Shown piece after piece: positions 12,105 through 25,400 of a DNA stretch of 64,000 bases. This stretch comes from Octopus bimaculoides (taxonomy: Eukaryota), in contig NC_068998.1 in the NCBI RefSeq assembly GCF_001194135.2, positions 2,507,156-2,571,155 of the forward strand, read 5' to 3'. The notes beneath the pieces were generated by a model, which searched no databases, had not been told where the DNA came from, and saw nothing but the letters and a program-made list of their open reading frames with translations. Both the position numbers and the translations under genes were made by a program. Every line of letters begins with the position of its first letter. Positions within the stretch are counted from its first letter, which is position 1.

Positions 12105-13030
12105 CCATCAGAGTGCGAACAATTACATTGAATGATGAAACGGTAAAGTTTGAGCCCTGGGCAGGGGTCCTGCAAGGTGACGCGTTGGTGCCAGCCATCT
12201 TCATCAAGGCTGTAGACTACGTCCTCTGGGGAACAGTTAATGAGGAACTGGACTTCGTTATTACACAAAGGAAATCAAGATGGGTGAGTTCAGTGACATG
12301 TAACCTGAACTTTATCAAAGGCATTGCTTTGTTTTCGGACAAAATCTTAAACGTTCATTCTTTTCAGTCCAGAATAGAAACTGAATATAACAAAGCAGAA
12401 TTATACTTCGATGCTAAGAAGACAAAATACAATATCCACGATATAGCTGACCATTAAGCTTCTGAAAACGTTGAAGGTGCTCTGCTCAAGCGGGTTTCTT
12501 AGTTAAAGTACCTCAGATCATTTGTAGTGGGTTCAGAGAAAGAGACAATATCTTGGTGAGCGTAACCCTGGAGTGGCAACCACACAATGAGATGAAAAAT
12601 GCCTAAACCTTCAGCTTTTCGAGACAATTCAAAAGAATCTTCAAAACGTTAATTAAAATCTTTCTTTTGGATTGTGAAATTTGGATCTTCACAAAAAATG
12701 TGTGGCCAAGTTCAACAGCGATTGCTACACTTGGATGCTCCAGAAGGCCTTCATCATTAGCTTTTTTCTTTTGTTTGTTTTACTGCAGCTAGATACAGAC
12801 TGTAAGCAATGAGCAACTTTACAGTGACCTCCCCCAATTGGATAACAACAGAGCAAGAAGTTCCCCAGTCAAATCATAATCTGGAAGCCGACCTACGAGA
12901 AAATGAACCGTGGATGCCGTCCTTCCTAACCACGAAGGACAGCAGTACTGCGACTGATTAAATAGGGAAACTGATGATGGAAAGAGACAAGGGGTAAACC
13001 TGCCATTGTGCTCGAACTAAGTGCAATTTG
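12105..13030 (+). mobile_element. Decayed RTE-type LINE reverse transcriptase
   Basis: AGVLQGDALVPAIFIKAVDYVL, NLNFIKGIALFS (degenerate DLDFADDIAL), FDAKKTKY, later KYL and WKP motifs; multiple stops/frameshifts. Confidence 0.8.
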
Positions 13031-15379
13031 TAGTTCATAGATATTGGTGATGACAACGATATGATGACGAAGTAACACAATCGAAAGCCAATGTCAGTTT
13101 TTGGTGAAACGATATTACCAATTCTGGCAGAATGCCAGCAGTTCTAAGGGGTGACGAGGGGGAAATGAGAGATTCAGTGAAGGGCTGTAACAGCGATACA
13201 GGTGAGTCGGCTTTCTGGAAAGTTGCATCTCGTTCTTCGCTCACCGCCACCACCACCGCCACCGCCGCCACCACCGCCACCACCGCCACCGCCGCCGCTG
13301 TCGTCATTTTCCTCAGCTTCACTATTTTATGCACAACGAGAATGCACCTTGGATTTAATTAACTCAAACACACACACTCACTGCTCTTGCCTGTACATGA
13401 ATCAGTCATTCAGAGAAACACACACCGAACACATACGCACATTCTGTAACACACACATACATATTATAACGCACACAGACATACTGTAACGCGCACGCAC
13501 ACATACTATAACACTATAAGGCGCACCCTGTAACACATACACACATAACGCACACACACACACACACTAACATACACATACTAAAACATACAGACTCGAG
13601 ATTGAAACTAAGAAAGTGACTTTTACTTCGCACATTCATCTTCTTTCATTCACTCATCTCTTCTCCTCCCGTTTATTTTCCACCACCACCACCATCACCA
13701 TCACCACTATATTCCACCTCTATTACCCCACCAATTCCATCTCCATCATCGTCTCTACCACCAACAACAACAACAGCACCATCATCTCTACTACCACCAC
13801 CGTCATCTTCATCATATCCACCACCACTACTACTACTGCAACCATCATCATCATTATCGCCGATGTTTAAACCGGCCGCTCTGAGACGTTTAGACATTCA
13901 GTCAGGCAAAGTCGAGAGTGAACAACTGTAGCCTGCTGATGATCAACAACAACGAGAACAACAACATCGAGCGTGAAAGTAGATGTGTGTATATGTTTGA
14001 GTGTGTGCGCTTGAGTTTGTCTGACTGTAAGTGCATGTATGTGCATAACTAATTAATTGCCCGGCATCGTCTTATAAATGCCATCGATATTGTATTAATA
14101 TTTATTATTATTGATGTTTGATATTCCTTCGTATCTCAAGCAGCAACAACAACAACAATCCATAGGAAAATAAAAGAACAGCCAAACGGAGTAACTTACA
14201 TATCTTTGTACATAGATGCAAGAATCCAGGAATATCTGAAAACTAGCAGAACAATCACAAAATATACAACAGCAGCGAATTGCAAATCGTGTCAACAAGG
14301 GAGATTTTATGTGGTTGCTTGTTGGCCTGCTAAAAATAGCAGTCAAATCTTCTTTAAATCACGCTCTACCAACTAAGAATTTATAAAAGAAAATATACTT
14401 CGCATTGGATGATGTGATGCTAAATACATTGCATATGGGGGGAAATGCCTGGATGGTATCCTCTGGTTTGATCCTAGCCCACTTGGGGTTAAACACTAGT
14501 AACTATTAACAATAAAAAGAAAAAAAGAATTATCTACGGACAGTCATTAACTACGTCAATATAATTAACACAAACACTGGTTTAATTCCACTCATTCATT
14601 AAATATCCCACTGTTGTGTTTTCGTTTTTAAACCAGATGCAAAAACGAGTAAGTACTATATTTATAACCAATATTTGAAAAATATTGAAACAGCATCAGA
14701 TTATAAGCAAAAGAGAAAACTACTGTACTCACACACACACACACACACACTCACCCGCCGCGCCCTGTCGCTCTGTTAATCCGTTCTGTAGGGAGTTTTA
14801 CCACATCGAAGAAGTAAAGAAAAGTTTCGTGTCTCGAGTGGACGTCCAAGAATAGATGCTGAGTAAACGTGATGGATTTCCAGCTCGACTCTACTTGAAT
14901 CCACTCATAAACAAACATATATACATCAAATATATGTCTATACACACACGCATATCTATTCATCTGTATATATTCAAGAGCAATCATTGTTAGTTATACA
15001 CGGATATATTCGTTCAGACGAGTCGGTATTCACATCTACGTACAACGCTATATACAGACATACACGCGCACACTTGCATGCGTATTAGTAGAAGACAAAT
15101 TCTTGCGATATACAACAAACACGTGCTTAAGTAGTATACATATCAACTATATAGAACACATCTCGTGTATACACACACACACATCTGTGTTCCACAAGTT
15201 GGTTAAGAGAAAATATATCGATAGATTTAGGATGTTATGTCTTATGTCTACAAGCAAACAATAAAACAATATTCTTAACAAATATACGCAGGACAGCCCG
15301 ACATAACGCACGTTTATCTACCTATATTATAAACACTCACAAATGTAGGCTACCTCAACATACACACACAAATATATAC

Positions 15380-15415
<36 letters not shown>

Positions 15416-15705
15416 GTATATATATATATATAGGATACTCCAGAATTAACACATATTTGCACACAAGAATGTAGGATATCCCAACATATAAAACTATATA
15501 TTATATCTGTATATATACACACACATCCCAACACATGTATGAAATCTTGGTTGCCGACCCTTCCACCAGCATATACATCAGTACAGGCGATCCTCGAAGA
15601 CAGCTATCACAACAGCGCCTCACTCCACCTTCATGAGACAAACAACAACAACAGCAACACTACAGCTGTCTAACACACCCTAGCAGCCCCTTTTCACCGA
15701 TCCCT

Positions 15706-15712
15706 TATAAAA
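15706..15712 (+). promoter_or_regulatory. Possible TATA box of the integrin alpha gene
   Basis: TATAAAA about 135 nt upstream of the ATG in a CpG-containing, pyrimidine-rich leader; TSS unknown. Confidence 0.25.
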
Positions 15713-15840
15713 CAAACAAACAAAAACACACCTCTTCCTCCCCAGAGAAAAAAAAACCCCAACCGCGTCAACCTCCCCCTTCGCCATCCCTTTCCCCGCC
15801 ACATCCTTACCATTCTCTCTTTGAAACGAAACTAGCAACA

Positions 15841-16040
15841 ATGGTTGCAGAGGGGGATTCTTGCCGGTCTACAGCTTCAGTTATTCCGTTGTTGTTGTTG
15901 CTGTTGTCAACGTTTGTGCCGTTGGCTTTCACGTTCAACATCGATACAAGAAATGCTTTTATACTATCAGGGCCTAACGGATCTTACTTCGGATATTCTT
16001 TGGCTTTTTACCAACATCCACAGCAACAACAAAATTGCAC
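15841..16040 (+). CDS. Integrin alpha subunit, exon 1 (signal peptide + start of beta-propeller blade 1)
   Basis: acaATGG start context; MVAEGDSCRSTASVIPLLLLLLSTFVPLAFT signal peptide followed by FNIDTRNAFILSGPNGSYFGYSLAFY, the canonical integrin-alpha FNxD...G.FGYS N-terminus. 200 nt, ends AAT TGC AC|gtaagt (phase 2 donor at 16041). Confidence 0.93.
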
Positions 16041-16445
16041 GTAAGTAATTCACTTTCTCGCTCTCCCCCCCTCTCTCTGCTTCACTTTTTCTCTCTCTCT
16101 CAGCATGTCTTTCTTTCTCTTCTACTTTCTCTATTACCCGTCTCTGTTTCTTTCACTCCTCTCTTTCCTTTTATCATCCTATTAATATTTTATTTCTACA
16201 ATTATTGATGTTCACGTTTTCTTGTAATCTTTCTTTGCTCTTGTTTAATTTTCTTTATGTATTATGTATTTTTGCTTCTTTAAATTTCCCTATCCATCCA
16301 TCCATCCAATCCACCTGTCAATCCATCCTCCTACATCCAATCCATCTTATCCTTCTCTCCACCTGTCTGTCTGTCCAGCCATCTCTCTGTCAATGTCTAG
16401 TCAGCCGTCCCTCCATCTATCCACCTGTCCCTCTTTCTTCACCAG

Positions 16446-16446
<1 letters not shown>

Positions 16447-16497
<51 letters not shown>
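16447..16497. repeat. (ATCT)n microsatellite in an ATCC/ATCT low-complexity tract
   Basis: Tetranucleotide run in the proximal part of intron 1. Confidence 0.93.
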
Positions 16498-16498
<1 letters not shown>

Positions 16499-18024
16499 CG
16501 TCTATCCAGCCATCCCTCCATCTATCCACCCGTCTCCCTGTCCTTCCATCTATCTAACTGTCACTCCACTCGTCCAGTCTATCTTAGCCACCCATCTGTC
16601 CATTCGTCCTTGCAGTCATCATCAAACTCATAATCCACGTCCATTTATCTATCCCCTGATAATCTCTTACCACCTACCTATCAATCCTCATCACTACTAC
16701 TACTACTACTACTACTACCGTTAAGGTCAGTAGAATGCCAACCTCTGTGGTTCTGAGTTCAAATCCAGTCAATGTCAGCCCTATGTTTTATTCTTCCGTG
16801 GTCAATATAATTAAATAATGCCTCTAAGTCAATTTTTCTGAGTTCAAATCTCCCGAGGTCAACCTGGTTTTATTCTTCTGTGAACAAGACAATGAAATAA
16901 CTAAGACCCCCAGCCATGTAAGCACCAGTCTCGACTTAAACCGGCTTTAACATATCCTCCAGCTGCACACGCGATGGCCTTGACGAGTAAAGTTGTAAAG
17001 CAATTTACTCTTTATTCTTTAGTCACTAACAATCTATTCTATTTCTTGCTTCACTGTCAAAACAATAAAATTATATTTCATGCGGACCACTTATAACATA
17101 ACAAGCCATTATTTTATTCCCATTTAAACCCGGCAAAATGCAAGCCATATCTTTCAAATTACACGAGCATGGATGTATGTGTAAGGGTATGTGTGTTGAT
17201 GTCATTAACGAGATGTATGGTTTGTGTCAACTCGCTGTGTTTGACTATGAACATGTTAGATAATGGGACAGAGGAGTGAATTGAATGTACCTGTCCAACC
17301 CACATGTTATCATCAAACCAACAAAAAGACTTCTATGACTCAACGTCATCCAGGTGGACCCATCCAATGAGAGAAATGGTGGGGAAGGAGATGTTTAAAA
17401 AAAGGCTCGGTTTTCCCCTACTTTTCAGCTCCCGATTGGAGTGATTGACAGCGTCTTGTCCCATTTTCCCAGCCACAGCCCCTCGGACCTTAGTGACCTC
17501 TTTGTTTCTAATATCCAATCTCTTTCACTGGATCGATCAGTGGTCCCTACTAATGTTTTGGCAGTCCCCCACAAGTTTTCTGTGTAGTTACTTCATGTAT
17601 TATATCATTATCTAACGTAACTGTGGTTATGGGTACACTGAGATGAAAAAAGACGGTATGCTCATGGCTGGAAAGCTTTTGATCTTAAGTTTGTTCGATC
17701 AGAATTGATCTGAGGATAAACAATACAGATAGCTTTATTGGTGATCTTTGAATAAAAGGGGTTTGCTTTCACTTTGTAAAATTACAGCCAGTATCATCTC
17801 GTTTCGCGGCCGGTGGCCAATGACCTGGGGCTAAAAACAATTAATGTCTGTATGTAATGTGTCTGTGACAGGCCCAGCCAAGGGCGAAGGGACCAAGCAA
17901 CTTCCAGGCAAAAGATTTTTCGATGTTTACCTTCAAATTGCGCACCCCTACCACTCAGCAATCTTAACCCAGGATCCACTCTTGTATGTAGCAGATATAT
18001 GGCTAGTCTGGAAGGGTATAGGTC

Positions 18025-18073
<49 letters not shown>

Positions 18074-18083
18074 NNNNNNNNNN

Positions 18084-18126
<43 letters not shown>

Positions 18127-19315
18127 TAAACAGTTTAGTAAATAACATGAGTTAGCTCTGAAGCGGACTTGTTTGAAAATCCTGGAAGCGACATCATCGA
18201 GATTGGCCACACACTTTAGTGGATGAGGTTTACTCGCTTCTTTGAAATGTGGAATTGAGAAAGGATTTTAGGAAGAGCTTGGTTGTATGCACTTGGAAAC
18301 AACACAGCAAATATCGTGGTTTAGCTTCAGGGGCTCTGACCGAACAGATCTATGATCGAAGACGTTCCCGTCGTGGCCATCACATTTTTATTCAGACATA
18401 CCAGTGACCGCATTATTCCAAGTTTATTTTCTATATGGAGAGAGTAGGGGCGGAGAAAGAGAGATTCGGTTGCTATTTCTAACAGTCTGGTTGACTACAG
18501 GGAGATTCCTTTATCTGCAGGAATACCAACTTCTAGTGCTCTCTCTTCGACGAAGAAGAATAAGCACTAGGGCTCTACAAAGTTAATATAAAAAAGCTCC
18601 TTAGAAAGGACCCAGGAATTATTTTGCTTTACTTGTGGTTGTTTGCGAAGCTGTGTGGATAACCAAATACCTCTAAGTGGTGATGGGTGTTGTAAGCCTA
18701 TCACCCGCCAGGTGGTGTAAGCGTATTATCTCAACAACGCGGGAGGCATCAGTTTGTGTAGAGCGTGAAAAGATCTAATCAAGGTCTCAACTGAACAACA
18801 TATTCGTCACATTGTTGGTTTAAACGAGAGAAAATTGAAAACAATACAAAATTCAAATAGTTTTTGTTGTGGGCCGGAACTATCTTGATGATGAAATAGC
18901 AAATAACCTTTTTAAATTATTTGGAAAAATAGAAGAATACATCGACAGCTTCATAAGATCATCTTTATTCTCTTCATTTAATCCTATTCTCTTTAAAAAG
19001 TCATTTATTAATCATCATTCGTTACTTGCTGTGCTATGGACACGCACAGTCTACGATGTGTAAATGATCCGTAATATTTAATTTAGTCATCGAAAACATC
19101 GGTCTGTACTTAGCTCTTCTCTGGGTTTGGTGCCAGCAACTTGGGGACTACACATTACATTAATGCTATGGAGCTGTCCAGCCACGACCATCCTGTCGTT
19201 TTAGGAGTATTTAATATTACTACATTGTTTCATTCGTTCTTTTCGTTTTTAAGATAATAGTGATTTAAAGAAGATTTGGGTGCTATTTCTGGCAGGTCGA
19301 GCGACCGTCTAAAAA

Positions 19316-19566
19316 CTTGAGATGGTATCAAAAAGTTCCCGGACTAGTTATGTTTAATATAAAAAATAATTCGTTTGCACAAGTTTTAACACCATCGCCT
19401 TCGAAATAATCACCTTGCGCAACAATACACTGGTTCCAATGTTCGTGTCATCTTTGGAATTCGGCCCGGAGGTCGTTTTCCGTGAGCGAGTCGAGGACCT
19501 TCTGCGATTCGCTCTGGATCTAGACAACGGTGTTAAAACGGCAACTTTTGAGCTGCATTTTCATCT
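19316..19566 (-). mobile_element. mariner transposon 3' fragment with terminal repeat remnant
   Basis: Minus strand KMKMQLKSCRFNTVV*IQSESQKVLDSLTENDLRAEFQR*HEHWNQCIVAQGDYFEGD is a mariner C-terminus; TIR-like GGTATCAAAAAGTTCCCGGACT at 19324-19345. Confidence 0.85.
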
Positions 19567-19744
19567 CGCATCTACGTACGCATGCATGTGCGCGTGTAGG
19601 TTTATACGCGCGTATGTATATGTTTGTGTGCCTATATATACATGTGCACGTGCATGAGAGAGCGAGAGAGAACCTTTTTGAAGTTCTTAATGAAAACCGG
19701 TTACAAAGGAGACAAGGTTATCTTAATTAACACCCGACAGTTAT

Positions 19745-20298
19745 AGTATGTGTATGTGTGCAGAGGTCACACCTATACGTTGAATCCGGTCTGTTGGCTG
19801 TCATTTCTTTTCTGCGGGCTCAGTTTTCAGCTGCCGCTACCCTCAAATTCTCTTTGCCGGTCTGCAGTTGTTTGTGGAGAATGCCTCTCCAGTTGGTTTG
19901 GTCGGCTGCGAGATCCTCCCAGGAATTGGTACTGATGCCAAGTGCCTTCATGTTCTTCCCGCACACGTCCCTGTACCTCAGCTTCGGGCGGCCAATGTTT
20001 CTCTGCCCTGCGACAAGCTCTCCGAAAAGAACATCCTTTGGGATCCGACCATCCTTCAAACGGCGGACGTGGCCAATCCAGTGCAGCCGACGTTGTCTTA
20101 GCAAGATGAGCATGGTGGGAAGGCCAGCACGAGACAGAACGTCAGTATTGGTTACTTTGTCTTGCCAGAGGATGCCGAGTATTCCTCGGAGGCTTCTGAG
20201 GTGGAAGGTGTTGAGCCGTTTCTCCTGGCGGGCGTACGCGGTCCATGTCTCGCTGCCGTATAACAGGGTGCTTGAGGACGCAAGCACTGTACACACCC
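19745..20298 (-). mobile_element. RTE (BovB-like) LINE 3' ORF fragment
   Basis: STLLYGSETWTAYARQEKRLNTFHLRSLRGILGILWQDKVTNTDVLSRAGLPTMLILLRQRRLHWIGHVRRLKDGRIPKDVLFGEL...GRPKLRYRDVC is a typical RTE C-terminal region, followed by a degenerate CDLC knuckle. Confidence 0.92.
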
Positions 20299-20659
20299 AA
20301 ACTCTCTCTCTCTCTCCCTCCCTCTCTCTATCTCCCAGTAATTGTATGTTCCGCACACTTAAGACTGCAAGTGGTCTGACACACTTATTGCAAATTTAAT
20401 TACCTCTAATCTGAAATGACCAAATTTGTATGACACATTACATTAGGGTCTCACAAACATAAATATATAATTAATATGGCGTGTTGAAAACCTCACAATA
20501 CGGAGATTATTTATACAGTCAGCAGATAAAATCTTCTTGTAAGTTTGTTTTAAAATCTATTAAATGGCTTTTTAAAAAGAGCGAGAGCAGTGCTTTTTCT
20601 CCTCGTCGCTGAGATAGTTGTTGGTAGGTTTACAACAGAAACGAAACGCTGGCGTTGGT

Positions 20660-20765
20660 TACTCATTAGTCACGGGATCTGTCAATTTCTTAAGAGTAGC
20701 AGGTTGGACTGCCTCTGCTGCAGCTTTCATGGTCGCCCATAAGACATCTTTCGACGTAAAAGATG
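20660..20765 (-). mobile_element. Possible Tc1-like transposase C-terminal remnant
   Basis: FTSKDVLWATMKAAAEAVQPATLKKLTDPVTN resembles the Tc1 tail (F.SK..LW.AI..A...I....IKKLT.S); short match only. Confidence 0.4.
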
Positions 20766-21708
20766 GAGGAAGCGATAGTAAACGACCTGTGGACACATCG
20801 ACGGCTCTAATCACTGCCACCTGCTCTGAAATGGCCCAGTCCATCTAGCTTCAAGCAGATACTGCAATGTAGGAACAACTCGCCACTATAAACCCTCGTT
20901 ACGGTACAATAGGAATGGTTTGGTAGCTTGGAGCATTGAATTCAACTCTGAATTCAATATATATCTGAAGCAGCAACGCCAATACTTAACCACAAACTAA
21001 AACCATTCAAACGTCTCCATTCTGCCTTTCGATCAAACTCGGGACTATCTGGCGACACGCATATGTACACCACACACACACACACACACACCAAACTAAT
21101 CCAACTATTGTATATGTTTATAGAGCAGTATTTAATTCCGTCTCTCTATGTTCTGAGTTTGAATCTCGCCAATGAGATTTTGTCTCTCAAGCTCTCTGTC
21201 TTTCTAGTCAATAAAATAAACGCCATTTACATACGAGTGTCGATATAATCGTATGTTCTCCCCGTTCACCCAAAGCTCGTTAAAAACGCTTATTACGCGT
21301 GGAGAGGGGGGAGTTGGGGTTGACCATGAATGAACAGATCGGAGGAGTGCTGAAACGAAAAGGGGCTGTTTAGTCAGGTCCCTTTATAGTCTGAATTTAA
21401 ATCCTGTCGAGGTCTTTGTTATCTTATCCTTTCCAGATCGACAAAAATAAATAACCAGTCACGTACTGGATTAAGATAATCTTGACTTTGTGCCTATCTC
21501 AGAAATCATTGTTACTCATATTTATTGCTTACCACCAAACACATACAATCGCCGCTAGCAGAATAGATTCTGCGTAAACCCCCTCCATACCGATTTGTAA
21601 TTGTCCCCTCACCCGTCACCCTTATGGCAAAATAAATTACTGTTGTGGCGAGTTGGTAGAATAGTTAGAGCGTCGGGGAAAAAAGCTTTACAATGTTTCT
21701 TCCGAGTT

Positions 21709-22411
21709 CGGATCCTTTCAGTTTCGCAAATTCAAAGTTTAAAGAAAATTTCAAAATTTAGTACATTAATGTAGTTTTCCAAACTGAATCTAAGGAGATA
21801 TTTCACTTTTCCTCAAAAAAAAAAAAAAAAAAAATTATAGAGGTTTAAAGTTTGATAATTTTCACCCAATCAGAAAACAGGATTTGAAAACTATTCGTGA
21901 CAGCACATGTTGTCAACTGTAAACAAATGAAATGCTTTACGCACGCCATATAACCCCTCATAACTTTTTTTTTTTTTGAAGAATTTTCAGAAACTTTTTG
22001 CAAATTTGTATTCTACACACGAGAATTCATACGATTATGCAAAACAAAAAAAATAATAATTTGTGAGTGCCTATTTAAGGCCTATTTAGCTGTTATTTTA
22101 GCACGTCTCAACACAAGCTCAATGAATAGAATATATTTGTCAACACGTGCTTCCTCGCAGACAAAAGTGTTCTCATGCTTGGCTTGTTACTATGAAAGCA
22201 GGCATGAATGTGTCCGTGGATTACGATTGACTAGAGTTACACAAAATTTGCAAATTTCAAAAGCTATTAACTCTTTATTTATTGATTTATGGCGAAAATG
22301 AATTTCAAGGCATTGATTAGCATATAAAACTATATCATTACACCGAATATGAAATCAATTCGAACAGAAATTGAAGAGATTGAAAATTGACAGCCAAACA
22401 GAAAAGATCCG
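21709..22411. mobile_element. About 700-bp non-autonomous element with imperfect 19-bp terminal inverted repeats, splitting a family A SINE
   Basis: CGGATCCTTTCAGTTTCGC (21709-21727) vs reverse complement of GCCAAACAGAAAAGATCCG (22393-22411): 16/19 identical. Flanks CGAGTT / TGAGTT; SINE head on the left, B-box and body on the right. Confidence 0.5.
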
Positions 22412-25400
22412 TGAGTTCAAATCTCACTGAAATCAACTTTGCCTTTCACTCATCCCGAGTCGATAAAGTAAAGTACCAGTCATGTACTCTCAAATATACT
22501 GATCCGGTGTCTCAACCAGAAATCATTATTATTGTAGACTGGTCAGGTATGGGGGTACTGATTCGGTAACTTCACCTACAGCCTTCATTTACTGTATCTT
22601 GGCGTAAACATCTTGTAGTAGTAGTAGTAGTAGTAGTTGTTGTTGTTGTAGCAGCAGCAGCAGTAGTAGTAGTAGTAGTAGTAGTAAAATTTCTTAAATC
22701 CTAGCGATGACATTTCAAAGACAGTGAGAGCATTTTATTACGGAAGTATACTGTATAGGTGGGTTACATGTTGCAGAAGTACGTACGTCGGTTGGCTCAT
22801 ATTTTTAGGAAGCTGGGATGAATTGGCCGGGAAATAGGAGAAATTCTAGCACAAGAAAGTTGGCTTGGTTTGGCTTGATTCACTTTCCATCCGCTTGTTA
22901 ACCTACCCCTACATCCACTACCTCCATCAGTTCTCTCACATCCATCATCTTCATCCTCTCTCATTCACACACACACACACATATATGAGGGTGGGGGCAT
23001 CTCTTTATTCATCTCTTGTCTTATCCTTTCACACGTTCACAGAAATAAATTACATCTATATAAAGACTTCCCGTTATAATTGCGGAATGTTATTCCACGG
23101 CAGATGATACACACATACGATCTTTAAATAGTCTGAGCAAATTGAACAAAGGTCACAAACTCTTGGAATCGGAGAATTGGGAAAGAAAATAGATTCGATC
23201 GATCGAACTCACCACTGTGCAAAAGCAACAAAAATACGAGTTTTCTTCGCACCACCACCACCACCACCACCATGATCATAATTATTACCACCACCACTAC
23301 CATCGTCACCATCCATTAGATTTGATCTCGTTAACACAGGATATATGTACCATTCCTATATTCTTCAAGATCTTACGATTCTAGCAGATATGAAGAAATA
23401 TTCTGTTCAACGTATTCTATTCAAGATGGCAGGAATTCAAATCTCGGGCAGACACTTTGTTGCGTTTCTGAACAGGTGTACAATTTAATCTACCTTAACC
23501 CCTGTACATTTAGTTGCCTGGTTAGAATGCCAGACAGCAGATCATACAACGCAATCACTGGAACACAGACGTACTGTTTTCTGTCTTTGACACCTCCATT
23601 GTAACTGTTACGGTAGATGCTCCTGCAGACAACGTAAACAGTCTACCATCCGAGTTCAGTCAAAACAACGAAGGGGCCTCTATGCGATCTGCTAGATATA
23701 ATAGCTAAATGTTCTCCGAATCACATACCAGTCTTAAAGAACAGATTGGATAAAGTAATTATATCAAAATAAGACATGACGATCACGACTTGCACGACTG
23801 GAACGCCTACGATCATGGTTTTAGCTCAATCAGGATAGATTTGGTTGGGGGTTTGGCGAGTCTTTTGTTATCGCTACGGCATCTCATTCTGCAGATCCAA
23901 CGAAAGACACTTAGCCCAACCTTTTCTCATTTCTGCCTGCCTCACCCGACTCCAAACAACAAATCCACACAAGTATCAATGACACCGGTTTGGGAACGTC
24001 TACAAAGGTCATGGCATTTCACTAGTTTAGGAAGATCTACAAAGGTCATGGGATGTGCCCTTTTTTTTTTTACCCTGCTATTTAAATAATAACAACAACA
24101 ACAGTAAGCTTTAATAAAAGAAAAAACGGTATGAGATTCAATCTGTAATTTGTTACATCACTTCGTGGTACCTAATTACAGCCAAATCGACTGTTATTAC
24201 AAAAAAAAAATGAATATTAAACAAAGACTGACAGGAAGCGACTTCACGTCTGATACCCTAAGCCATTCGGTTGCACACACTACCTGTAATTGATTTATTC
24301 CAATGTATACCTTCGTTTCTGATGCTGTTAACTCTCTTGTCATTCTATCTTCTACCATTTCTAAATATCGTCGTAATCGATTTATGGACCTTCGGTTATC
24401 GATCTACTGGTATATTAGTAGTTGATCGAGCATATATATGGCATCGTAGGCGATGCCTCAGAAGTGAAAGAGCAAATAACGTGAAGTGAAGACACGGGTG
24501 ATTTGAGAGACATCTTTTGGCGCACGGCGAGGTATGCGGGTAGTGAGTGTCTCCGAGTCTCGATTTCTAGTCGTCGAAAAGAATTTTACAATGTAGCTTT
24601 ATCTAACCAGCACTTCTGTTTGACCCAATACATCGGATCTAGAATATTAACCACGCCGAGCTCGACTTTGCCTTTCATCCTTTCGGGGTCGATTAAATAA
24701 GTACCAGTTACGCACTGTAATCGACTTAATCCCTTTGTCTGTCCTTGTTTGTCCCCTCTATGTTTAGCCCCTTGCGGGCCATAAAGAAATAAATGTTAAC
24801 CACGTTGCACACCGAGTTATTTATTTCTTGATTGTATATAAGTCGACATACAACATATATGAAACAAACACCCACCAAATAGTCACTAGTTTGTTTAGGA
24901 AGCCGTGGTAGGAGACGAGAGTATCTACTCTCTAACAAAGAACTTTGATGGAAAAGTTAGTACTTTCATCTCAGTTCGGCAACTGCAATACGTGCACACA
25001 CACACACAGTTATTCGCAGACGCATAAGTGATTAAATGTTCACACACACCCATCTACATATACGTATAGCCACATATGAAGAAAATGGGTTTTATACCTA
25101 AGATACGCACACATATATATTAGCCTAATTAATAATTGAGCCCTAACTCAGCCAGCAACATATTTTGTCCCTTAGTTTCCGGTATCTTTTTATTTGTTCA
25201 TTCACCATACACCTTTAATGCACGCACATTTCCTTGTTAAACCTACGATCTATTTATATAAATACCTACAAGCCAATTAACCATTTAGAACTAGTCTACC
25301 TGCTTATACATAAATAATGTGTGTATATAGCAAGCAGGTATGCATGCACACACACACACATACGTATATACACATACACATACACATACATAAATACGCA

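Noticed and set aside
13035-13897. Poly-Pro/poly-Ala/poly-Thr ORFs
   Set aside because: Translations of (CCA/CCG)n and (CAC/CAT)n simple repeats, open in several frames, with no splice or domain support.
19758-20399. 213-aa plus-strand ORF
   Set aside because: Antisense shadow of the GC-rich RTE coding fragment.
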